Source of the DNA: a virus
IMG/VR virus record: IMGVR_UViG_3300030012_005163
Span: 1-64,000 of that record
Strand: one strand, 5' to 3'
Length of the DNA: 64,000 nt
Position numbers and translations under genes: made by a program. Shown in pieces: positions 56,101 through 64,000 of the stretch. The notes beneath the pieces were generated by a model. The model saw only the letters and a program-made list of their open reading frames with translations. It made no database searches and was not told where the DNA came from. Numbering within the stretch: the stretch's first letter is position 1; each line of letters opens with the position of its first letter.

Positions 56101-59100
56101 AAAACTACTACTTTATTTGGTGAAAATAATGTTGGTGGTGGATCACGAACATCATTAACACCTACCCTAACAATATTCGACAATCCTGGAACTGGCGGTG
56201 GATCACAAAATTACGCAGGACCAAATTTAAGATTTAGTGATAATGGAAATATTGGTGATATATTTTATAGATATAATGGTGGTGGAAACCTATTAAGTAA
56301 CGCCTTTAATTTTATAAGTGATGGTGGTTTTAATTTTATTGCTGAAGGTGATAACGGAAGTCCTTCACTGAGTGATGGACCTTATTTTAGAATCACAAAA
56401 GGACAATCTTCTTTATTGATTTATGATGACACTACTAGACCTAGAACAGATGTAAAGATTACCAATGCTAATGGAGGTACTGCATATAGTAGATTAGGTG
56501 TAGGTGCACAAAATGATTATTGGTATATCGAGGCAGACGATGTAGATACCCCAATGCATATTGGGTATGATGATAACGGTGTAGATACAAATGTACTTAC
56601 TTTTGAAAAAAGTGATGGGTTATTAGAAGGTTCATTAGAAATTACTAGTGGTTTAACCGCAGATACTATAACACTATCTGACACACCAACATTAAATAAT
56701 TCTGGTACGGAAGTATTAGTAAGAAACAGTACTACAGGAGAAATAGAATATAGGGCATCTTCTACATTTAGTGGTTCTAGTAATGAGGATATAAATACAG
56801 GTAATGTATTATGGGTTGATTCTATTTTTGGTGATGATGGTACTGCACTTACTAATAGACAAGATAAACCTTATTTAACTATAGAATCAGCATTAAATGA
56901 CACAACTAATGGGGATACAGTAATTGTAAGACCTGGAGAATATCCAGAAGAAATTGGTATTCCTGAAGGTGTGTCTTTAGTTAGTGAAGGTGGCTGGGAA
57001 GTTACTATTTTAGGTCCTTCACCAGCAAGTGCAGGTGGTGCAATTGTAGAATTAAGCGAAGACTCTTTTATTGACGGTTTTAGTATTAACGTACCACAAG
57101 GAAGTTTTGACGCACTTATTTCAACACACATTAGTGGTACATCTACCGCCAATAATATTACATTCTACGGTAATGGTGGTGTAGGTAGTACAGGTACAGG
57201 ACTTTATAAAACTGGTGGTGGTAAATTAATTGGTTATGGTATAAGAGTTGAAGGTGGGGGGATGTCTAATTGTTTAAAAGTAGATTCAGGCACTTTAGCA
57301 TTAGAGGGAGTTCACGTACCAGAATCTAATGGTGATATTGATAATGTGTTATTGGTAACCACTTCAAGTGGTACTAATGCCGGTAGAGCACAAATGGTAG
57401 GATTTAATTGTGGAAACAGTAATGTAACTAACGCCATTAGAACTGAAGGTGGTAGTTCAGGAGTAATACCAGTGGCAAAAATATTTACACCTAATATAAG
57501 CAATTCAACTAATGCATTAAGTGCATCAGGAGATTATGAAGAAATTAATTTATTAGGTGGTTCTTTAGAAAATGTAACTTATTCAGTAAATGTAGATTTA
57601 ACTGGTACAGGTATAGATGCATCATATAGAATAACATCTAATCACCAACCAAATTATATTTATCCACCGGCAGTAGCATATACTGCAGAGTTTGGTTTGG
57701 ATTTTACACAAGAATCTACAGATGTATTCAATTCAAGTAAAAATTTATTTGGTTTAGATCAAATGAGTTTAGGGTTTGCAGAAAGAGGAACGGAAATGAA
57801 TGTAGGTAGAGGTGCACCTTCGACTGTAGGTATGAAGATATTTACCACAGATAATACTACAAGTAGTGTTAGTGATGGAGGTAATTTTATTGATGTTACA
57901 GATGATGCAGAATCCAAAGAGGGTAGTACTATAACTTTTCAGAGTGGGGGGACTGGAACTACCATTTTATTTACTACACGAAGAGTTAGTAGTGATTTAA
58001 CAACACCACTAAAATTTTATGGGTTAGATATAAATATATTACAGAAAAAAGTTGGTGGTGATTACGTATTTGAATATTGGAATGGTACAGAATGGAAAAG
58101 GGATTTATGGCATATACACTCAGAAGATTTAGGTTATAGTTATGGTAATGATTTATTTTTAAGAAGTCAGAGTAATGAAAATATTAGTTTTGAACTTAGT
58201 AAAGATTCAGCAAATTTAGAACCAAATAATGATCCTTGGTCAGCTAAGACTATAAATGGTGTTACTGGTTATTGGATGAGATGTAGAATGATATCTACGG
58301 GAACAACTAAACCTACTATCGAACAAGTTAAAATAATTTATGACAGTAGTACAATAAGTAAAGAAGGTGTATTATCATTTAATGGTAGATCACTACATAA
58401 AGAAGAAATAAATTTATTTATGGGTACATGGAGTGATCCAGCAGGAGACTTAGCAAGTTTTAGTGTTACAGTTGGTGATGGAACAGGCGCAGAAACTTGG
58501 ACACAACAGTTTTTAGAATCACAATTTGCTACTAATGGTGACTTTGGTACTTTCCTTATGAAAATACCACAAGGAATTAGTACTTCTCAAAGAGTTAAAG
58601 TAAAAATAACTTATATTTTATCGGGTACCGGTGATGAGGATACACCATCAGAAATGAGATTATCATTCTTACCTGTAGAGGTGGGTAATGTTCTTATTGC
58701 AGATTCAGATGGTGGTAAAACGCCTATACCTAGATCACCGCAAAATGTTACACCATTTAATACTTATCCAGCGGAAATTGTAGAAATTGATACTGATTTT
58801 GGTGAAAATATAGTTTTACAGTCCACTGTTGGTACATTTGATATATCGAATTATTATGAAGGCGATATAATTCTTTTTAGATTAGAACATATACAAGCCA
58901 CAACTATTAATTTAATATCTTTTGATTTAGAAGTTTCTAAATGGAGTTTAGGTAAACAAGCACAACCTTTAGTGGTGGATACACAAATTCTATTAGAGGA
59001 AGATTGGAGTGATTTAGGTGTAGCGAATGGTTGGGTATTCAGACAACCATCATCTACTGCAGGATCTCCACAAAATATATGGACAGTTAGTAGTGACACT

Positions 59101-59583
59101 TCTAGAACTGGTAGTAATTCAGCTTATATAAGTGATGAAACTTGGGCTGGTGGTGTACCACCGTATCAATATAGACTATCACCATCGATAAATTCTTATA
59201 TGTATGTAGATTTTGATGTCCCTTCTAGTTGTATTGCATTAACAGTTAGTTTTTATTGGACATGTGTTGGTGAGTCTTCGTTTGATTATGGAATGGTTGG
59301 GTTAGCACCTACAACATTTACACCATCTAATACTGGATCTGTGACAAACTTTGAGGACTACGAAATGGGTGGTGGCACCGGTAATCGTTTAAATACTAGT
59401 TATGTGGCAGGTGCAACTGAGGGTAACTGGCAATTGGAGACAATATCAGTACCTAGTAATTTATGGACTCCTGGTGAACAAGCTAGATTTATGTTAAGGT
59501 GGAGAAATGATAGTAGTGTTGGAACTCAACCACCAATTGCAATAGATGATATAACAATAACGTCACAATTTATCGTTAGTTAA
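53158..59583 (+). CDS. Long tail fibre/receptor-binding protein (2141 aa): repeat shaft, beta-helix-like domain, C-terminal adhesin-like domain
   Basis: Tandem VTGATL...LERNNG...VDLSSL modules; WVDSIFGDD...PYLTIESAL...GDTVIVRPGEY beta-helix start; C-terminal RWRNDSSVGTQPPIAIDDI. Confidence 0.78.
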   Translation: MGFPKKISQLPLNLNLKPEDLLVTVNESDVTSKIKLEQLISFVTGSTNTFVTGGTYNDVTQNIDFSGSNGFPPFSVSLTGISTSDTFVTGATLNGFTLEIDRNNGEPQITVDLSSLTGDTDTNTFVTGTTLVGTNYTINQNNGSSFTTDFNPIITGKVDTTTFDTYTADTQTEINNKLDTTVFNTYSGLTQTEINNKLDTSIFDTYTANTVDNNTFITGTTLVGTEYTINQNNGSAFTTNFNPIVSGFTTGSTLQEVLENGSIADLKTANIDLGSSVSNPAADGFSRLELQQNGFIQLSSENAAGDFGFIRINGQTGEAQLNQGGLKYGTDYSATFTDRSLVDKEYVDDNISNKLDITTFDTYTANTTDDVVTGATLVGGTLELERNNGLSDVTVDLSSLSGDTNTFVTGATLTNTTLDITRNDGVDISVDLSSIDNNVFVNSGNANAGTQQLTFTNTTGGTFNVTNAVALFSDNDINVTGGTYNPTNGCVTFSTNSGTTFDICGFVTGFTDVYVTGSTLVGTNYTLTRTDNTTITTDFDSIVSGKVDTTTFESYSALTQMIIDTKLDKSIFNTYTANTTDDVVTGATLVGATLELERNNGLTDVTVDLSPLSGISENTFISATTLVGTNYTLERNDGVDITTDFNPIISGKVDTILFDTYTANTTDNVVTGATLVGGTLELERNNGLSDVTVDLSSLSGDTNTFVTGATLTNTTLGIERNDGVTVSVNLSSLTGDSDTNTFVTGTTLTGNDLIIERNDNIDITTDLTPIISGKVDTTLFDTYTANTTDNVVTGATLNGFTLELERNNGLTDVTVDLSSLTGSVDTNTFVTGTTLTGNDLIIERNDGIGITTDLTPVLSGKVNTTLFDTYTANTTDNVVTGATLNGTILELERNNGLTDVTVDLSSLSGDTNTFVTGATLTNTTLDITRNDGVNIPVNLGSLTFTGNTSGTCINELWVSNISGCSSVTIGTELIVNDFMSGKTTTLFGENNVGGGSRTSLTPTLTIFDNPGTGGGSQNYAGPNLRFSDNGNIGDIFYRYNGGGNLLSNAFNFISDGGFNFIAEGDNGSPSLSDGPYFRITKGQSSLLIYDDTTRPRTDVKITNANGGTAYSRLGVGAQNDYWYIEADDVDTPMHIGYDDNGVDTNVLTFEKSDGLLEGSLEITSGLTADTITLSDTPTLNNSGTEVLVRNSTTGEIEYRASSTFSGSSNEDINTGNVLWVDSIFGDDGTALTNRQDKPYLTIESALNDTTNGDTVIVRPGEYPEEIGIPEGVSLVSEGGWEVTILGPSPASAGGAIVELSEDSFIDGFSINVPQGSFDALISTHISGTSTANNITFYGNGGVGSTGTGLYKTGGGKLIGYGIRVEGGGMSNCLKVDSGTLALEGVHVPESNGDIDNVLLVTTSSGTNAGRAQMVGFNCGNSNVTNAIRTEGGSSGVIPVAKIFTPNISNSTNALSASGDYEEINLLGGSLENVTYSVNVDLTGTGIDASYRITSNHQPNYIYPPAVAYTAEFGLDFTQESTDVFNSSKNLFGLDQMSLGFAERGTEMNVGRGAPSTVGMKIFTTDNTTSSVSDGGNFIDVTDDAESKEGSTITFQSGGTGTTILFTTRRVSSDLTTPLKFYGLDINILQKKVGGDYVFEYWNGTEWKRDLWHIHSEDLGYSYGNDLFLRSQSNENISFELSKDSANLEPNNDPWSAKTINGVTGYWMRCRMISTGTTKPTIEQVKIIYDSSTISKEGVLSFNGRSLHKEEINLFMGTWSDPAGDLASFSVTVGDGTGAETWTQQFLESQFATNGDFGTFLMKIPQGISTSQRVKVKITYILSGTGDEDTPSEMRLSFLPVEVGNVLIADSDGGKTPIPRSPQNVTPFNTYPAEIVEIDTDFGENIVLQSTVGTFDISNYYEGDIILFRLEHIQATTINLISFDLEVSKWSLGKQAQPLVVDTQILLEEDWSDLGVANGWVFRQPSSTAGSPQNIWTVSSDTSRTGSNSAYISDETWAGGVPPYQYRLSPSINSYMYVDFDVPSSCIALTVSFYWTCVGESSFDYGMVGLAPTTFTPSNTGSVTNFEDYEMGGGTGNRLNTSYVAGATEGNWQLETISVPSNLWTPGEQARFMLRWRNDSSVGTQPPIAIDDITITSQFIVS
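53260..55990 (+). repeat. Degenerate tandem fibre-shaft repeats (about 35-45 aa modules, some near-identical in DNA)
   Basis: The block DTYTANTTD[DN]VVTGATL...LELERNNGL[ST]DVTVDLSSLSGDTNTFVTGATLTNTTL recurs near 54230, 55130 and 55760. Confidence 0.9.
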
Positions 59584-59584
59584 T

Positions 59585-59953
59585 ATGGAATTTTTTATAA
59601 ATCAAAATAGTACTTTACCACCACTAAAAATGGAATTAATAAATGATGGTAGAAATGATTTCAAAAAGTTTTTTGAAAAAATACAAAATGCAACTATTAA
59701 ATTTAATATGTATGATGTAGATAATAAAGTTAAAAGAATCGCCAATTCACCGGCAGATATTGAATTAAAATGTGAATCTTGTGATATAGGTGGAGATGAA
59801 AACGAATATTATATTGTATATAATTGGAGAAATAGGGATACTAAAAAAGTTGGTAAATTTAACGGTGAATTTATTATAGAATTTTTAGACGGTACGGGAA
59901 CATTAATTGCACCAATTAGAGACAAATTATTTATTAATGTCTTAGAAGTTTGA
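59585..59953 (+). CDS. BppU-like (baseplate upper protein N-terminal) Ig-fold protein
   Basis: INQNSTLPPLKMEL...IVYNW...DT..VGKFNGEFII.F.DG...IAP pattern; ends the fibre operon. Confidence 0.6.
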   Translation: MEFFINQNSTLPPLKMELINDGRNDFKKFFEKIQNATIKFNMYDVDNKVKRIANSPADIELKCESCDIGGDENEYYIVYNWRNRDTKKVGKFNGEFIIEFLDGTGTLIAPIRDKLFINVLEV

Positions 59954-59979
59954 TAATTACATTTTTTTTCGTATATTTG
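59949..59979 (+). promoter_or_regulatory. Bacteroidota-type promoter for DNA polymerase
   Basis: TTTG (59949-52), 19 nt, TATATTTG (59972-79); ATG at 60004. Confidence 0.8.
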
Positions 59980-60003
59980 TAATAATAATTAATATTATAT
60001 AAT

Positions 60004-62775
60004 ATGCCTGCAACTGTAAAAGAAATTGAAACATACTTAGAAGGATATGACGATCAGAAATATATTGTAGGGGTTGAGTCTTCTTATAAGGAGAATAAAA
60101 TAAGTCTAATAATTCACGACCCTGAAAACGGAAAACGTATTGAAAAACATAGGTTAAAACCTTTTTTATGGATGAAGTCTCCTAATATGACTGTTTTTTA
60201 TAAAGGTGATAGAAGGAAGATAAAAGATAAAATGAGAGAGTATAGAGTTAAATTCATACCTCTTAATATAAATGATGAAAGTGGTGAGACTATACCTCGA
60301 CTAGAAGGAGGATATAAATTTTTAGTTAGATGTAAAGGTACATACGGTGATTTATTAAAGTTTTTTCAAGAAGGTGGTACACCAGTATATAGTGAAGAAC
60401 ATAGAGACAATTTTTTAGCTATAAACCCAACAGAACAATTTCTTATACAAACAGGTAAAAGATTATTTAAGGGTTTTGAAAATTATGATGATGTTCATAG
60501 ATTTTCTTTCGATATTGAAACCACTAGTTTAGATCCTGCCGATGGTAGAATTTTTCAAATTGGTATGAAAGATAATAGAGGGTTTCAACACGTATTATCA
60601 ATAGAAGGTGAAACGAGAAGGGAATTAAGAGAAAGAGAAAGAGAAGCAATTACTACATTTTTTAAAGTTATTAATCATCTTAAACCAGCGATTATTGCAG
60701 GTTATAACTCTGAAAATTTTGACTGGCATTATATAGTTAAAAGAGCACAACTTTTGAGATTAGAAATAGGACAGATTGCAAAAACATTAGGTCCAATACC
60801 TTTTTATAGGAAAAAACAAACTTTAAAAATGGGTCCTGAGATGGAATACTATGAACAAACGGTTATGTGGGGATATAATATAATGGATGTTTATCATGCG
60901 GTTAGAAGAGCACAAGCAATTAATTCTTCAATTAAACAAGCAAGTCTTAAATATATTACAAAATACTCCAATGCTGCGAAACCAAATAGGGTATATATTT
61001 CGGGTGATAAAATTAGTAAGGTTTGGAGTGATACAGATAACAAATATTGGTTTACTGATGAAAATGGTGAGTGGGGTATCATAACTAATGGTACATTACC
61101 TGAAGGTAGTAAACAAGTTACTGGTAAATATATAGTAGAGAGATACTTAATAGATGATTTGTGGGAAACTGAAAAAGTAGATAATATATTTAATCAGGCA
61201 ACGTTTCTTTTGTCTAAAATTTTACCTACTTCTTTTATGAGATCTTCTACAATGGGTACTGCGGCAACGTGGAAACTATTAATGTTAGGATGGTCATATC
61301 ATAATGGATTAGGTGTCCCACATACTATGCCTACCAAAGGTTTTACAGGTGGATTATCTAGACTATTAGAAGTGGGTTTTACAGAAAATGTAGTGAAGTT
61401 TGACTTTGCATCACTATACCCATCAATACAATTAACTCATAATGTTTTTACTGAATGTGATGTTACTGGTGCAATGAGAGGACTCCTTCAATATAATTAT
61501 GATTATCGTAATTTATATAAAGAGTTAAAATCTAAACACGCTAAATTAGGTGAAAAAGAAAAATCTGAATATTATGACAAAAAACAATTGCCATTAAAAA
61601 TATTAAATAATGGTATGTTTGGTTCTATATCTGCACCTAATGTATTCCCTTGGGGTGACACTAATATGGGTGAAAAAATTACATGTACTGGTAGACAATA
61701 CTTAAGACATATGATAAGATTCTTTAATAAAAAAGGATTTAGACCTTTAGTAGGGGATACCGATGGATTCAACTTTTCAATACCTAAATATGTAGAGGAT
61801 AATATATATACTTCCAACGGACAACATAGATTTAACGAAACAGGTAAAACCTATAAAGGTTTAGATGCCGTTGTTGCAGAATATAATGATAAGTATATGA
61901 AAGGTGTAATGGGGTTAGATGTGGATGAAATATGTGAATCAACAATTAATATTGCACGAAAGAATTATGCAGATTTAATAGACGGAAAAGTTAAATTAGT
62001 AGGTAATACTATTAAATCTAAAAAATTACCTACATATATTGCAGAATTTATAGATAAAGGAATTCATATGTTATTAAAAGGTAAAGGATATGAATTTGTT
62101 AATGAATATTATGATACACTAGAAAAAATTTATAATCAAGAAATTCCACTTTCAAAAATAGCTAACAAATCAAGAGTTAGAATGTCTGTAAAAGATTATG
62201 AAAAAAGATCATTACAATTAAATAAGGCGGGCAACCCTTTACCTAAACAAGCACATATGGAACTTATTATAAAAGAAGGTTTAAATGTAGATTTAGGTGA
62301 TACTATATATTATGTGAATACTGGTACTAAAAAATCTCACGGTGATATTCAAACTAAAACAGATAGAAAAACTAAAGAAAAAATAGTTCATATTAATTGT
62401 CAATATATTTCACCAGATATTATAGAAAATCATCCCGATACTACGGGTAGTTATAATATAGAAAGATATATTGACGCATTTAATAAAAGGATTAAACCTT
62501 TATTAGTATGTTTTAGTCCAGAAGTGAGAGAAGATATTATAATTACTTCACCATTACATAGACAATATTTTACACAAAAACAATTAACACTAACTTCAGG
62601 ACAACCAATGAAGGAAGGTGATCAAGATACTTTAGAAGATTTATTAACAGTAACTGAAGAAGAAATGTTATTTTGGGATTTAATTAATTTATCACCTACT
62701 TATATGTTTGAGGAATATAATATAGTAGATGAGTTTTGTTTAAATCACAAACAATCCGAGAGGTCTATATTGTAA
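60004..62775 (+). CDS. polB: Family B DNA polymerase
   Basis: ExoI FDIETT, ExoII GYNSENFDW, ExoIII YLIDDL; motif A FDFASLYPS, motif B KILNNGMFG, motif C GDTDG, and KNYA. Confidence 0.95.
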   Translation: MPATVKEIETYLEGYDDQKYIVGVESSYKENKISLIIHDPENGKRIEKHRLKPFLWMKSPNMTVFYKGDRRKIKDKMREYRVKFIPLNINDESGETIPRLEGGYKFLVRCKGTYGDLLKFFQEGGTPVYSEEHRDNFLAINPTEQFLIQTGKRLFKGFENYDDVHRFSFDIETTSLDPADGRIFQIGMKDNRGFQHVLSIEGETRRELREREREAITTFFKVINHLKPAIIAGYNSENFDWHYIVKRAQLLRLEIGQIAKTLGPIPFYRKKQTLKMGPEMEYYEQTVMWGYNIMDVYHAVRRAQAINSSIKQASLKYITKYSNAAKPNRVYISGDKISKVWSDTDNKYWFTDENGEWGIITNGTLPEGSKQVTGKYIVERYLIDDLWETEKVDNIFNQATFLLSKILPTSFMRSSTMGTAATWKLLMLGWSYHNGLGVPHTMPTKGFTGGLSRLLEVGFTENVVKFDFASLYPSIQLTHNVFTECDVTGAMRGLLQYNYDYRNLYKELKSKHAKLGEKEKSEYYDKKQLPLKILNNGMFGSISAPNVFPWGDTNMGEKITCTGRQYLRHMIRFFNKKGFRPLVGDTDGFNFSIPKYVEDNIYTSNGQHRFNETGKTYKGLDAVVAEYNDKYMKGVMGLDVDEICESTINIARKNYADLIDGKVKLVGNTIKSKKLPTYIAEFIDKGIHMLLKGKGYEFVNEYYDTLEKIYNQEIPLSKIANKSRVRMSVKDYEKRSLQLNKAGNPLPKQAHMELIIKEGLNVDLGDTIYYVNTGTKKSHGDIQTKTDRKTKEKIVHINCQYISPDIIENHPDTTGSYNIERYIDAFNKRIKPLLVCFSPEVREDIIITSPLHRQYFTQKQLTLTSGQPMKEGDQDTLEDLLTVTEEEMLFWDLINLSPTYMFEEYNIVDEFCLNHKQSERSIL

Positions 62776-63894
62776 AGATTTATTAAGATTTTCCGCTTCA
62801 CCTGCTTTTAGTTCTAATTGTTTAGCATTACTTAGTCTTTCCAATCTAGCGTCTAAATCTTCTAACAATTTACCTTGTTCTTCTTTACCTTCACTTAATA
62901 AACTATCATAATCCATAGTTAATTCAGAGTCAGGAACTTTTATTGCCCCACTAAATTTACCTCTTACTCTTCCTAAGGCTTCTTTAAACAATGCCGTAAG
63001 ATATCTTCTTACCCATACTCTAGTTGGTTCGTTTAAATCAGAGTACATTAGTTTTGAAAGGGGTACATCATTAGGTAATTTTATAATATCTTTATTTTCA
63101 TTTAAACATAAATTTATTTCATCTTCGGACATTCCATTAGTATCATAATAATAATACCATACTTTAGTACCTGCTAACCCTACTTGGCTACCAACTAAAC
63201 CACCAGCACTAAAAGATAGTCTACTTCCTGGTATCGGCATTAAATGTAATAATCTAGTACCATTCGGTCCTGCGGTAACTTTATATGTTAATTGACTTCT
63301 AAGTAATTTGGATTTTAAACTAAAATCAGATGCTCTTAATAATACATCAAAAGCGGGTGCAACATAAAAACCACCATTACCTAATCCTCCACCTTGTCCC
63401 CAACCTGCGTAAGGTACTTGTCCAAATCCTCCACCAAATCCGTAGTCTCCAAAACCAGCAAATGAATAGAGTGCATGATCTGTACTATTAGGTGTAATCC
63501 ATAAAATTTCATTTACTTCTCTACCACCTGGTATTTGATAAACTTGTTTACCTGCTTCAATGGTTACGTAATCTTTTTTTAATTCCCAAGGTCCTCTATC
63601 TTGTAACCCTACTTGTTTAGAATATGCATAGGTAAATCTACTTTCAAAATCTAATGAACGTGTAGTAAGTGCAAATGCAATATCTATTTTACTTGCATCA
63701 TTACCTAATAAAGATGACCACTGATTTTCTATTAACCAATCTTGTACTCTTTGTGCATAATCTTCAATTGCAGTTTCTAATAACGAACACATTTGATCGT
63801 TATCTAACTCAATTTTTCTAATCGGTGCACCTAATCGATGTTTTATTAATGTAAATAATTCATCTTTTAATTTATCATTTAATGCATTTCCCAT
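62740..63894 (-). CDS. Neck/head-completion protein (T4 gp13-like)
   Basis: HRLGAPIRKIELDNDQMCSLLETAIEDY N-terminus; WVRRYLTALFKEALGRVRGKF C-terminus. Confidence 0.78.
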   Translation of the reverse strand: MGNALNDKLKDELFTLIKHRLGAPIRKIELDNDQMCSLLETAIEDYAQRVQDWLIENQWSSLLGNDASKIDIAFALTTRSLDFESRFTYAYSKQVGLQDRGPWELKKDYVTIEAGKQVYQIPGGREVNEILWITPNSTDHALYSFAGFGDYGFGGGFGQVPYAGWGQGGGLGNGGFYVAPAFDVLLRASDFSLKSKLLRSQLTYKVTAGPNGTRLLHLMPIPGSRLSFSAGGLVGSQVGLAGTKVWYYYYDTNGMSEDEINLCLNENKDIIKLPNDVPLSKLMYSDLNEPTRVWVRRYLTALFKEALGRVRGKFSGAIKVPDSELTMDYDSLLSEGKEEQGKLLEDLDARLERLSNAKQLELKAGEAENLNKSLQYRPLGLFVI

Positions 63895-63912
63895 AATTTA
63901 TACTATTTATTT

Positions 63913-63932
63913 ATAAATATTAAGATATTTAT
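63913..63932. promoter_or_regulatory. Divergent pair of candidate late promoters ATATTTAT
   Basis: Minus copy at 63913-63920 (18 nt to neck ATG 63894) and plus copy at 63925-63932 (3 nt to ATG 63936). Confidence 0.55.
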
Positions 63933-63935
63933 TAA

Positions 63936-64000
63936 ATGATGAAAAGAAACCTAATAAAAAAAATTTTAAGAGAAGAAACTACTTATGAAGTAGAAAAAAA
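63936..64000 (+). CDS. Partial ORF (MMKRNLIKKILREETT...), continues beyond the window
   Basis: Read manually; late motif immediately upstream; basic...ILRE-E N-terminus. Confidence 0.55.
   Translation, partial: MMKRNLIKKILREETTYEVEK

Noticed and set aside
48934-56183. Antisense/alternate-frame ORFs over collagen and fibre repeats
   Set aside because: Produced by codon periodicity of Gly-X-Y and Thr/Gly/Val repeats; they mirror the sense repeats.
1-64000. Stop-codon reassignment as in some Bacteroidota jumbo phages
   Set aside because: Conserved genes are full length under the standard code, and TAA, TAG (e.g. 38861-38863) and TGA (e.g. 59951-59953) all end genes.
1-64000. tRNA, rRNA, integrase or transposase
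   Set aside because: Intergenic gaps are short (about 120 nt or less) and show no cloverleaf patterns; no recombinase or transposase motifs in any ORF.

Overview
AT-rich window from a T4-like (myovirus-type) jumbo phage genome, almost certainly infecting Bacteroidota. Several promoters match the Bacteroidota TTTG-N19-20-TAnnTTTG consensus, start codons have A-rich leaders without Shine-Dalgarno sites, and fibre domains look Flavobacteria-like. Layout: (1) 1-10.2 kb (+): head module with terminase large subunit, portal, prohead protease, a repeat-containing scaffold and the major capsid protein. (2) 10.3-16.5 kb (-): baseplate genes, including a gp5-like spike, and a gp55-like late sigma factor. 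(3) 16.5-29.2 kb (-): a glycan-modification cluster with six glycosyltransferase-like ORFs (one a three-domain fusion), two hexapeptide acyltransferases, a PIG-L deacetylase, PhoH, dUTPase and degenerate HAD and HD proteins. (4) 30.3-31.8 kb (+): a three-gene island, each gene with its own host-type promoter. (5) 31.9-34.3 kb (-): small late genes including a standalone WYL-like domain. (6) 34.4-60 kb (+): about 25 kb of modular tail fibre/appendage genes with S74 chaperone, collagen, PA14-like, LamG-like, beta-helix and Cys-rich modules. (7) Family B DNA polymerase (+), convergent with a gp13-like neck gene. A candidate late promoter, ATATTTAT(A/T), precedes 15 mostly structural transcription starts and is nearly the reverse complement of the T4 late promoter. 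No tRNA, rRNA, CRISPR array, integrase or transposase was seen. All family assignments come from motif recognition by eye, not database searches.
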